DNA of 64,000 nucleotides from Blastocystis sp. Blastoise. Its lineage: Eukaryota; Protista; Bigyra: Opalinata. The notes beneath the pieces are model-generated. The model did no database searches. It was given only the letters and a program-made list of their open reading frames with translations, and was not told the DNA's origin. Below are positions 13,594-26,916 of the stretch, piece after piece. Each line of letters starts with the position of its first letter. The stretch's first letter is position 1. The stretch is taken from positions 1,054,001-1,118,000 of the forward strand of contig JBBPEB010000003.1 in NCBI GenBank assembly GCA_039096225.1, in the 5' to 3' direction. Both the position numbers and the translations under genes were made by a program.

Positions 13594-13971
13594 TTGTTTA
13601 TTATATATAATTATTTTATTTATATATATATATTTTCTTGTTTTATATATTTTTTATTTTGTTTCAGTCATACATAATATTTGCTTTTTTTTATTATTAA
13701 TAGTTTTGTTCATAGAAAATAATATATTTTAAACTGACTTAAATAATTCATTAAAAACGTTAATATTATTTGATACTCTTTATTAAAATAAATAAAAATT
13801 AATACGAGAAAAATAGATTATTTTCAAATAGAAAAATATACATTATATCTAAAAAACTATAACATTTATAAACATGAAAAACAACTACTATACCATGATA
13901 TAATTCTTTATCGAATAAATAATAGTACTACAAAAAAATGAAAGCAAATATATATATATATATTATATGAT

Positions 13972-16914
13972 TTATTTTTTTATTCCAGTAATAAAGGGAT
14001 GTTTACATAATGTAATAACATCTGCTCTTAGTTTTGTATCTTTATATAAACATTGAATAATAAAATCTCTGCATTCATTTGATATTATTGGTTTTGAAGG
14101 TATATTCACTTGATTTGCATTTAATATTATTTTATTCTCATATATCTTATTTTGTGATATTCCATCGCCAAAAGGTTTCTTTCCAAATAACATTTGATAT
14201 AATATTACTCCTATTGACCATACATCTACTTTCTCACTTATATATATAGGATTCTGACTCTCCGAAGAAAAACATTCTGGAGGCAAATACCTATATATAA
14301 TAATATTATGATTATTAATAATAATAATAAAAAAAAAAATAAAATTATATAAAAAAATAAAAAAAAAAAAAAAAAATAATATAAAATAAAAAATTACCAA
14401 TAAGTTCCTGCACCAGGTGTAGTTAATTCAATTCCTTGACTATTACTATTTGAAGTATCAAATTCTTTACTAAGTCCAAAATCTGATATTTTTGCTATAC
14501 CTTGTGAATCAAATAATATATTTGCAGGTTTTAAATCATAATGAATAACTCTTGTAGGTTGTGAATGCATATATCGAAGTGCTGATAATAACTATATATA
14601 GAATTGATTATTATAATAATATAAATAAATAAATATATAATTATATACTTGAATAATAATACTTCTGGCTTCTGATTCTTTGAGTATAGAATATTGTTTA
14701 AGATATTGATCTAAATCTGGGCCACTACAATATTCTAATACAGTTGCTAAAGTATTATCATCTATATGAATACTATCATATAAACGAACTACATGATCAT
14801 GACGAAGACGCTATATATTTATATATATGGTTTATTTAATAATCATTATTATAATAGTTATAATAATAATAATATTAATAATAATATACTATTTGTATAT
14901 CTGTTTCACGTAAAGCATGTTTCACAAAATCAGATTTCTTTTCAACAGACCATGAGGTATTAAGTTGATGAAATTTAATAGCAACTTCTCTGAATTCCAT
15001 TAAATCATACGCAAGCCATACCTATATATAATATAATATAATAAAACTATTAATAAAAATAAAATAAAAATAAAAATAAAAAACACTACAAATTCTATTT
15101 ATATACTTCACTAAATCCTCCTTTTCCTAATAATCTGATTAATATATATCGATCCTGTATAATAGGTCGTGTATGAAATCGACTTGAATCCTCATCACGA
15201 ATTCGACGTAATTCACGTATATGTATATTCTTTTCATATTCATAGGATTCTAATGATTCTTGATATTCTATCTATATATAAATAATATTATATATATATA
15301 TTTATATAGATTATACTATAATAATAAAGAAATGAATACAATATATCTTATAATTATTAATATATATCAATATATATATATTTATATTATCAATAAAATC
15401 AAAAAAAAATAAAAATATAGAATACCATTTCTCTTTTAAGTAAAGCTGTTTTCATTTTTAATGCTTCACTTTTTACTGCATTTTCAAAATCAGTATCTTC
15501 TTGAGAAATACTATTTCGAGGAGCAGGTGCACAAAACGGCATTGGAGATACAAAATCATCATTTGAAGAAGTACATGTACTTTTTATATTATTATTATTA
15601 TTTGTAGTAATATCATTATTATTATTTATAGTAATATCATTAGTAATAGTTGTAGTAGTAGTAGAATTAGTATTATTTGTATCTTTATCTTTTATATTCA
15701 ATTTTGGATTATTAATTTCTTTTTTTAATTGTTTTTTCTCTTGTTCTAATTCTTCTTTTCGTTTTTGTAATTCAATATCTTTTGCTTTTAATTCATAATA
15801 TTTCTATATATATATATAAATAATTTTATTCTTAATAATATACTAATAATTATAATTATATATATATATATATACACTTCCTTCTTGAAATGTATCTATG
15901 GGTTGATGACGAATACTTTCCATCGATAGTTTCCCCAATAATGGTGTTCTTAATGCTATTTCTCTACGTTTATTAATAGCATCTAAACTAGCATATTGTT
16001 CTATATATTGTTTTAATTCTATACCTACTAATGAATGTATATCTTGTATTTCTTTATCTTTTGATTCTAGATTTGTTTGTTGTTGTTTAATATCATTATC
16101 TTTTGACGTTATTGTATATTGTAAAGTTTCTATTTGTTTTTCAAAATCTATCGCTTTTCGTCTCTCTTCTTCTAATAACTATATATATATATATTATTTA
16201 TTTAAAAAAAAACAATTCTAATAAATACATTTTCTAAATCTTTTATTTTATTTGCTTGAATAGTATTTAATATAGATATATCACTATTATTATTATCTTT
16301 ATTATCTTTATTATTTTTATCTTTAGTTATATTCGAAATAGGTATAAAATAATTATCTATAGTAGGTTTAAGAGGAGAAGAAGGTATATTATTTAATGAA
16401 GGAGGAATAAGAGGAGACATAGATGTAGTAGTAGCAGTAGCAGTAAATGTTAATATAGGTGTACCTTGTATTATTGGAGATATACAAGGAAGAGAAGAAT
16501 TGACTACAACGACATCTTCTTGAGTTGATGAATCTATATATATAATTATTATCATAACTATAAAGAAATTTTTATTTTATATATACCAAGTGGAGAAATT
16601 TCTTTTTGTTTTGTTTGTTTTCGTTTTGTAAATTTCTAGAATAATATAATAAATAAAATCTGATTTACATAAAAAAAAAATTAAAATTAAAATACAGTTG
16701 GATTCGTTTGTTTTCGACGTTTTCGACGACTTGTTGGATGTTCTTGATTAGATCGACTTTCATTAGCTGACAATAATGAAGAACTCGCTGGCTCTTGAAT
16801 ATCTTGTTTGAGTTGAATGGAGTTTGAATTGACTTCTTCTATTTCATCTGAACTTGATTTTGTGTCTTGAGTATTCAAAATGACCACATTAGTCTGAGGC
16901 TTTTCTGAATCCAT
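13972..16914 (-). CDS. TLK: Tousled-like serine/threonine kinase
   Basis: Spliced motifs LLGKGGFSEVWLAYDL, VAIKFHQLNTSWS..KHALRE, TVLEYCSGPDLD, HYDLKPANIL, ISDFGLSK, ELTTPGAGTYWYLPPECF, KVDVWSIGVILYQMLFGKKPFG. Coiled-coil N-terminal half and basic NLS-like RRKRRK. Confidence 0.93.
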
Positions 16915-17535
16915 AGATAAACTGAATTATATTATAAATATAGATCTAAGAGCTTTACTAAGGAAGATCTTCTCAAAATATATTATTTTTTGAAAATTTT
17001 TAAATAATCAGAATTCTTATTCGAATCTTACTGAAATAAAATAAAAAATCATTTATTTCGTTTTTAGAAAAATCTGTCTTTCTTTTGTAAATAAAATGAC
17101 GTATTTCTCTTCAGTATAAAGTGATTCATGAATTTAAATACATTCATTGAATTCATGATATCCTATTCATTGTAATAATTCAATTTGAATACGTAAGAAA
17201 CATTAATCAATAATTGCCGCCAAATTAATTTGATCATTGTAGGTTCTATAAATTGTATGATTCAACTATATATGCTATTTAAAAATGAATAGAAATACTT
17301 AGATCCACAAATATGCTATTTTCTTCTAACGAATTTTCTAAAATGAGTGAAGAATGAGTTGAATATATTCATAAATCAATCTATACTCTAATTTAAGATC
17401 AATAAGAATACTGAAATTGATTTGAGTGTATTTTAAAACTTAGAAAAACACAAATATTTCGTTATTTATTTAAAAGGGATCTATTTCTTCATTTTTTCTA
17501 TTTCAAACATTTATATTATTTTTATAAATAAATAT

Positions 17536-18369
17536 ATGAATTCCTCGTTGTTATTAGAAGTATTATAATAATTTAATCTTAATAGTTCATAATGATTTAG
17601 AAATCTTTGTTTGGTGAGTATATTTCAAAACGTAAATATGCTTCAGAGACTGGATTTATATTAATGGATTCATCAAAATTAAAAAAGCAGAAAGGTATGT
17701 TATTTGAATAATTGTTTATAAGCAAATGATAAGATGTTGTTGTTGTGAACGATATAAGTTTTCCAAAATATATTCCATATCCAGATCTTAATATGCAATC
17801 ACGAACAGAGTATCCAACAGTAGGAAAACAAGATATAGAACAATATTGTTCACTATTTCCTTCTTTAAAAACAAATGAACATATTTATATAAATTGTATG
17901 AAGAAATGTGATCAATGTAATTGTATTGATGGAACTTGTATTCATCAAGTATTTCAATATGAAAAGTATATTCATTATGAATAATAAATTTATTAATTAA
18001 TAAAATATATATATATTATATATATATATAGAAATTTGAATGGATTATTACAATTGGTAGAAGAATTAGAATCTATAAGTCTTCAATTACATTCATGTAT
18101 TGAACAAAATGATATTAATAAAAGTATAGAATTAAAAGAACAATTTAATGTATATTTATATATTTTATTCTAATGTTATCTATATAAAATATATATATAT
18201 AGTTAAAAACAAATGAAGAAAGTAAATTATTATGTGAATTAATTAATAATAATACTTTAAAAATACAATTATTGAATGATTTATCTTATAAAATGAATGA
18301 ATATTCAAAGAACCAGCAATTTGAAAATGCTGCTATTATTAGAGATGTCAAAAATGTATATATATATTA

Positions 18370-18415
<46 letters not shown>

Positions 18416-18524
18416 TTTATTATATATATAGACAATAGAAACAATTCAAGAAACTCATTTTAATGATAAAGAGAAAATTGATCGAATTACGAAGAGATTA
18501 GCTCAATCTTTAATGAAAAAATAA
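17536..18524 (+). CDS. Small protein with Cys cluster and UVR (UvrB/UvrC-type) coiled motif
   Basis: Exons splice in frame. CMKKCDQCNCIDGTCIH; KMNEYSKNQQFENAAIIRD resembles the UVR consensus. TAA 18522-18524. Start exon less certain. Confidence 0.55.
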
Positions 18525-18554
18525 ATAAGATAAAAAAATATATTTTTTAAAATA

Positions 18555-20116
18555 TTATTTTTGATGAATTAATTGATAGATTTGATCTGGTGATAATTTT
18601 GGTATTGAGTAATTTTTTTTATACTATAAAATATAAAAAAAATACACATATATATATATATATACATCTTTATTTTTTTTAATTTCAAAGAAATTTTGAA
18701 TTAACTATAATAAATAAAAATAATAATTAAGAAAAATATAAAAAATACTCCTCGATAAAGAATTAATTGATTCGATGTGAAAACAGCTACAATTTGTTCA
18801 TCACGATTTTCTATACGTAATTTAATAGTTTTAATACATTGAATAATATCTCGAATATCTAAAGAATATTGATTTCCTTGTTGATCTATAAAAGAGACTG
18901 AATTATTTTCATGTCGAATAATAAAACAATCATATATAGAATATTGATTATTTGTTTCTAAATCTCCTCTTTGTAAGATAGCTGCCCATATTGTATTAAT
19001 AGGATTTGATAATTTCTTTTCTTCACCATTTATATTAAACATACCACATGAACAAAATACAAATATTTTAGGTGTTTTACCATATACTGGATATATCCAT
19101 TGAGTTGTAAGGGACTTTATAATATTAACATTATTAATATAGTAGAATAATATTATAAAATAAATAAATAATAAATAATAAATATATACTTTAGAATTAT
19201 GATTACAAGGACATAATGTAGGTAATGTTTCAATACTTCCATTTAAAGAAATAATCACTGGAGAAAGATGACTTAAACTAACTAATAATTTTGTATTCAT
19301 TAATGTAGTATCATAAAATGGATATATATATTCGATCGAATCTTCTAATTGTAAACTTAAAAATGGCTTTTCCTATTAATATATTATTATTATTATAAGA
19401 AAGAATAATTTTATATATGTATATATATAAAAAAATAAAATAATAAAAAAATAAAATAATAAAAAAATAAAATAAAAAAAAATTAAATCAACTATATACC
19501 AATGTAGATTTAAAATAATAACTATAAGCTGATAAAAGTCCATTATTATTTCCTAATACAATAATAACTTGTTTTTCATTTCCATAATGAAGAGCTATAG
19601 AACATGTACATTTTGAATTAATTGATATTGTTTGCTCTATAATAAATCTATATATATAAGGTGAATCCAAAGCAGTATTAATTCCACGTTTATATGTAAG
19701 GGATAATAAAGTCATTGTACCATCAATTGTAATCACAAAAATATTATATAATCCTTCTTTAATATAGCAAGTACTCACAGAAGAAATCACACCTAAACCA
19801 CCATAACGAATAGGCTGTGAACGAACATCCAACTAAAAATATATGAAAATAAACAAATTTTGAACAATTAATTATCTTATAAGTAATAAATAAACTTTTT
19901 TAAATATAAATATACTGGAAAAACACATAATTCTCCTGAAGGATTACCATAAACGAAAGCAATTGTATTTTGATCAGCATTTAAAATCCTATGACATAAT
20001 TTTTCAAATATCCCATCATGAAAAATATATGATTTATAGCAATTTAAAGGAATCTAAAGTGTGATATGAAACTAATGTTCTTCATAAATTGATAGGAAAC
20101 ATACACTTTCTGTCAT
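18555..20116 (-). CDS. ITFG2-like beta-propeller protein (KICSTOR subunit homologue)
   Basis: FVYGNPSGELCVF..GLGVISSV..IFVITIDGTMTLL, IVLGNNNGLLSAY and SVSFIDQQGNQY..IVAVFTSNQLILY follow the order of ITFG2 motifs as I recall them. ATG 20116; TAA 18557-18555. Confidence 0.55.
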
Positions 20117-20337
20117 TCTTTATATTATAAGAAATTAAATAATATTTATTTGTAGTCAACTTTAAATGATAGACATACTAACGATTGAATAGTAATTTGA
20201 TATTTCTATGATTTAATTGTAGAATAAACTAAGAAAAAATGAATTATTCTGGAAACTGGACAACAAGAAATACTTTCTTTGTTTATTCCTTTATTATTGA
20301 ATATAGAGACAATTTAATATTTTTAATAATATAAGAA

Positions 20338-22504
20338 ATGGAGAAGAAAGAATTTAATGCTGAAAATATCGAAGATTGGTGGAAACCAGTTGAACATATT
20401 AACGAAGGTGTTACTATAGGAATTGATTTTGGTACTACAAATTCATGTATAGCTTATTGGGACACAGAGATGAAATCAGCAGAAGTGATTGAGTTCGATG
20501 ATAATCAAACTATTCCTTCTGTTGTTGCCTTTGCTGTATTTTTTTATTTTATTTATATAGATATAGACATTTATATATGAACTATATATGAATAGAGTGA
20601 ATCTAATATATATGTGGGTAGTTCTGCTGTTGAATATGAAGAAACTTATCCATTGAGTTGTGTTTCTCATGTAAAGCGATTACTTGGTAAACGTTATGAA
20701 GATCCAGAAATATCAGATTTCAAGAAAGCACATCAATTTGAATTAATTAAGAATTCTTCTATTCAATCACCTCATCCTAATATTCAAATACGAATTCCTT
20801 TTGGACGTAATAATAAGAAATATTCACCTGAATATATTTGTACTTGTATTCTTAGTTATATTAAGAATTCTGTTGAAGGATATTTAGGTAAAAAAGTAGG
20901 TAATTGTGTTTTAACTGTTCCAGCTTATTTTTCTTCTTATCAACGAGAGTCTCTTTTATCTGCAGCAACAGAATCAGGAATAAATGTATTAAGATTAATT
21001 GGTGAACCTACAGGTAATATTTATATAGTTAGATAATTTTTTTTTGATTATTATTATTTATTTTTATTATATTTTTTTTTATTATATTTTTTTTTTATTA
21101 TATTTTATTTTAATTATTATTTTATTTTAATTATTATTATTATTTTATATTTATTATATTTATTATATTTATTATATTTATTATATGTTACTATATTTCT
21201 AGCTGCTGCTCTTTCTTATGGGTTGGGTGTAGCAGGTACAAAGAATGTAGTTATATGTGATTTTGGAGGAGGTACTTTTGATGTATCTATTCTACATATA
21301 CATGAAGGACAATTTAAAGTATATATATTATATTATTTATTTTAATAATATATAAATAATATTTTCATAATATATAAATAATATATCTTTATATATATAT
21401 AGATATTAGGAATAGGAGGTGATAATAATTTAGGTGGTGAAGATATAGATCAATTATTATATACATATCTTATTACTACTTATTGTGATAAGCATAATAC
21501 TTATTCTGAAAAAGAAAAAGTGATGATTTTGAGAGAAATCGAAACAATTAAATGTGAATTATCTACTTATAATTCTGTGAATATTTCTGATGAAATCACT
21601 ACTCTATTTAATAAGAATAAAAAAGAAATGAAACCTATTGTATATACAAGAGAAGAATTTGATATTTTAATTGAACCTATTATTAAAAGATGTATATCTA
21701 TAATATCAGGAGTAATGGGGGATGTTCATTTAACTATACAAGATATACAAGAAGTAGTAGTAGTAGGAGGATCATCACGATTATTATCCTTTCAAAAACA
21801 AGTCTCTGAATATTTTAATAATAAAGAATTATGTAAGGCAATTGATCCTAAAACATGTGTTGCTGAAGGTGCTGCTATTCAAGCTGCTGCTCTTTGTGGA
21901 GTAGATAAAGAATTATTAAGAAATGTATTAATGTTAGATGCTCTTCCATTAAATATTGGTGTAAAGACAACAGATGGTAAAATGAATGTGATTCTCCCGC
22001 GTAATATCCTCATTCCCGCCAAAAGAACTAGATATTTCAAAACATTTGAAGATAATCAAAAAGGGATTACAGTTGATGTTTATGAAGGTTCTGATTCTAT
22101 TGCTGATCATAATAAATTAATAGGTTCATTTGATATTCCTATAACTCATTGGGAACGAAAAGCTGGAGAAGAACCTGTATATATTTATATATATATAATA
22201 TTCTATAAATAAAAATATATAAATAACATTATATAAATAAAATTATATATATAGATTGGTGTAAGTATAGAAATGACAATAAATGGTGTATTAAAAGTGA
22301 CAAGTGATCATTTTGTAGAAGAAGATGATGGAACTCAAACTAAAACATTTATTATTCTTTGTATATATATACTTATGTTATTTGGGTTTTATTTATTTGC
22401 AAAACTATATTTTCAAGATGCTAGGTATATATATTTATAGTATTATTATTATTATTTAAAATATATTTAATTTATATAGAGATGCATTGAATCCTCATTT
22501 TTAA
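20338..22504 (+). CDS. Hsp70-family chaperone lacking the helical lid, with C-terminal transmembrane segment
   Basis: [76 protein letters not shown]-terminus [34 protein letters not shown]. Confidence 0.9.
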
Positions 22505-22641
22505 TGTAAACTTGTTTTCTTTTTAAATATTATTTTCTTCATATTATTGAAACAAACTTTTGTTTTACTCTTTGAATAAAATTTAAAAAAAATATTTCTA
22601 TAAAAAAATTCAAAACAAAACAAATAAATATAAAAACACAT

Positions 22642-25600
22642 TTAGAAGAACAATTGATATATACAGAAAACTAATGAAACAATCATAAATATACTTATAA
22701 TTCCTATAATAATAAATAAAGGGAGATAATCAGGAAATTGACCATAACTAATATTATTCTTATCATAATTTACATAAAATATCTTTTGAATATTTTGATT
22801 TTGATGATTTTTTATTTCTTTATAAAATTCAGGATTATCATTCACTAGTATATCTATAGAATGAGTTATAGTATTCAAAAGATCTTCTTGACATAGAATT
22901 CGATATAAAACTAGATATCCATCTGTTTTATATTCAGAATCAATAATATATAATCGATTTAAAGAAGGTAAATAGAACGTAGATAAATGTTGACTTATTA
23001 AGAATCGTAAATCTTCATAAGTCTGAGGATCAGAGAGAGAATCCATAGGTAATCCTTTATAATATATAGAAAATGTTAAATAAATAGAGTATTTCATAGG
23101 TATTTGAGTAATAGAACTATTTAAGCATCTTGTTGTATCAGCAGGTAACCATAATCCATTCATAGAATTCCTTAAGAAAGAACAATATCGTGATTGAATA
23201 CCTATATAACCAGAAGGACACCATTGAATAATTGTTGTATCTATAGATGTTTTATTCCATTCATATTCTTGTTGACAATATATATTTGATATATCTATTG
23301 TTATATTTATAGAAATAAAAGTATTAAATTTATTATGAAGTGAAATTTCAATTATTGAAGTATATACTTCAAGTGGAGTTCCAGAAAGAATACCTGTTAA
23401 TAAATCAAAAGAAATACCTTTTGGAAGTTTCCCTTTAATACTAAATCCAGTTATAAATCCACCTGAATAAGTAGGAATAACTATGGGGATCTTATGATAT
23501 ATCCATGCTTGAATAGAATAAAGAGGATAGGATAAAGAAAGTGGTATTAATTCACAATTTATTTGAGGTTCTTCCCAACCATGTAATACTGTACATTGAC
23601 GTGTTTTATTACCATAATAATGAATACTATCATCACAAGGAAGAACATTTATCGAATTCACAGGAGATTCGTTCCAAATAGTATCTTTTTCACAATATGT
23701 TCGAGTACAATTATTTATTATAGGTTCCCATTCTGCAATAGAATTACAATATCTATACATATATCCATTAAAATGAATAGTATCAGGACAAGAATGATAT
23801 CGATATGTATTTGAAGAAGTAGATTCCCAAAGAATAGTATCAATTTCTTCTTCTTCACACATATATCGTATACATTCTTTATGTATAGTTTCCCATTTCA
23901 TAGAAGAATTACAATAACGTGTTTGAATACCTTGATAATGAGAAGGACAAGGTAAAGTAATTAATGTATTTACTTTAGTTTGATTCCAAATACCATCAGA
24001 TTCACATAGATTATCTATACATGTATTTATAATAGTAGACCATTCATAAGTATTTGTACATTCTCTATAAAGTTCTCCATGAGTATCAAGAGGACAAATA
24101 GAAGTAAAACGATGATTTGATAATAAATCAGGCCATATTGTAATTGTATTATCATTATTATAATTCATAGTTTGATGACAATAGGAATGTACTTTAATAG
24201 TAAATTCTGTACATGAATAGATAAATGTAGTTTTCAGAATTCCACATATAATATAAGAAGTAGAAGAGAAAGAAGAAGTAGAACAAGAAAATATACCTGT
24301 ATTTGTATCAAATTGATAAGGAGATAAAGGTGAAGGAAATATACTAAATGATGAAAATAAAGAAGAAGAAGAAGATGAAGAAGGAGAAATTTGAATAGAA
24401 TCATTTTCATTATATAGATATTCACGTTTATCATAGTTAAGGAAATTATCTGATGTATATTGTATATCATAAGAAAAGAAAAGTGATGTTATCTGAAGAT
24501 AATCATTATTTATAGTATTCACTATATATAGAATAATTATAATGTTTATTATTTTGTTATTGTTATAATTATTATATTTATTATTATTTTTATTATAATA
24601 TTTATTATTATTTTATTATAATATTTATTATTATAATTATTATATACGAATAACTAATTGAATAGAATTCCAATAAACATGATTTGAAAGTAAATAAAAA
24701 GACTGAGATTGAACATTTTTTGTCCAATTTATATTTCTTTGTATATCAATAAGTATCCATTCATTTTCATTATCTGAACTACTTTTTATAGATCCAAATA
24801 AATTCCATGAAGTAGGAGAATATTTCTTTACACTATTTACTATTGTATATTTATTAAATAGATATTTTCTATATATAGATGAAATCATATAAAGAATATT
24901 GTCAATGAATTTTATTAAAATAAGTATATAAATTATTTATATATAAAAATATTAAAACAATATATATAGTATAAAATAATAATAGAATAGATTCATATAC
25001 GAAGGTCCATTAAAACGAATTGTAATTTTAGTATTAGCACTCTTTCCATAAAACATCGAATTATAAGAATTATCAAATAGATCAGAACATTGCCCATAAA
25101 AATCTATAGGCAATTTACTTCCAGGAGTACATGTTATAGATGATGGCATATATAGAGGAAGAAGATCTAAAAGAGAAAATAAAATATATATTAAATTCTT
25201 TTTTTATATATGAGATAAATAATAAAAATATAAAATATATACTATTAAAATCATGTTTTTCAATAATAATATTGAGTTTATCATCAATAGGATTTGATAA
25301 TGAATTTATATGTGTTTCTATTCCAAGAATATAAGATACAGAAGAATGAATAGAAAATAAAGAAAACGGGATTGATATTCTAAAGAAAAATTTATTTATA
25401 TAATTATAAAAGAGAATATATATATATAATGTTAGTTTTAAAAGAGAATTTAAAAAAACATTTAAAAAATATATATAAAATGAAAAAATAATTATTATTA
25501 TTGTTTACTTTATCCATTGTGGACGTTGAATATAAGTTGTTGCTAATGTAGAAGGAAGAATAGGAGTACTATATAAATAATATATATAATATAACATAAT

Positions 25601-26495
25601 AAAAAAATATTATATATATAAAATAATTACTTAGGTAAATAGATTCTATAGATTTCAATATTATTAAAATAAAGAATAGTGCCTAAAGAAGTAAAAAGAT
25701 GAATGATTATTCCTTGAATAGGATTATTTAGTTGAATTTTATATCGATAATAACGAGTTGTAGATTGTTTAGGAAAATGATTTATTGTTGTTTCTAACCA
25801 TTCTGAATTCGAAATCAATGAATTTATTCTCCAATTTGAATCATATTGAGATATATTAGTATATTGTATTAAAGAACTAGAATCCATTAAGAGAATTGAT
25901 AAAGATACTATATATAATATATAAACAAATATTTATATATACAATAAAAAGAATCAACTTTTCTTGTTAATGCTTTTTCTAAATTATAGTCAAAAGTAGT
26001 TCGAAATAATTCTATTTCATTATAACGAAAAATAAGGTATGCATTATCATAGATAGAATACCAACCACCAGGACTATATAGAAAAATTAAAAATAGTATC
26101 AAATAAATATGTGAAAGCAAAAATAGATAAAAAAGTGATGGAAAACATACCTAGAAAGCATTTCTATGAAATAATGATGGTTTTCTTTCATACAAACTGT
26201 GTCGTGATATGTTTTATACGTTTCACTCTCTATTGATTCATGAGAATAAATAATAGTCCCATCCTCTGTAGTATCGTGAATAATCCAAGTCTCATTTGTT
26301 CCATATATACCTATTTGGCGTTCCATATTTATTTCAATTTCATCGTTAGAACACTCAGATACCACTATAGACATATAAAAAAGTTCATTCAGATGAAGAA
26401 TGGCAGAATTGTGTTGTTTCAGTAGTAGAGAAGGATAGAAATATACCGATAACAATGAAATACAGCCAAAGAATAATGAATTTCATGGCTTTCAT
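22642..26495 (-). CDS. Type I surface protein: signal peptide, discoidin-like domain, putative-Ig (He_PIG-like) domains, five HRM-like Cys repeats, C-terminal TM
   Basis: MKAMKFIILWLYFIVIVVSEC signal (alternative ATG 26486). SPTSWNLFGS..WILID; GKLPKGISFDLLTGILSGTP; five C..W..CP..G..R.C..W..C units; TM LFIIIGIISIFMIVSLVFCIY. Confidence 0.75.
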
Positions 26496-26916
26496 GATAA
26501 TAAAGAATAAAAAAATATATTTTTACAAAAAGGAGTTTTTTTTCTAGTTTTTCAAACGTAATAAAATAAATACTTTAAGATGGTTTACTAATAATATAAA
26601 AATATTTTTTATGTGAATAACAACTTTGTTGACATTGTTCACACATTAACACACAACGAATGTTACACATAAAAAAAAGTAATGACATTAAAAAAAGTAT
26701 TTGAAACGAATTATTCACATTTTTTTATCATACATATAATAGACATACATTAGAATGATCGAAAAATACAAAATAAAAAGGAGAGATTTCGTAGAATACA
26801 CAAATTAGAAACATAAAGATGAATAATAGTATTTAAATAATAAAACAAATGAAAATAAGAATGAAGGAATACTTTATGAAAAATAAAATAAAGAAATTAT
26901 GACAATGAAATAAAAA

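Noticed and set aside
22501-22597. Extra basic cytoplasmic-tail exon for the surface protein
   Set aside because: It needs a phase-2 donor. The only good donor is phase 1 and creates TAA, and TGTTT tracts follow the 22642 stop.
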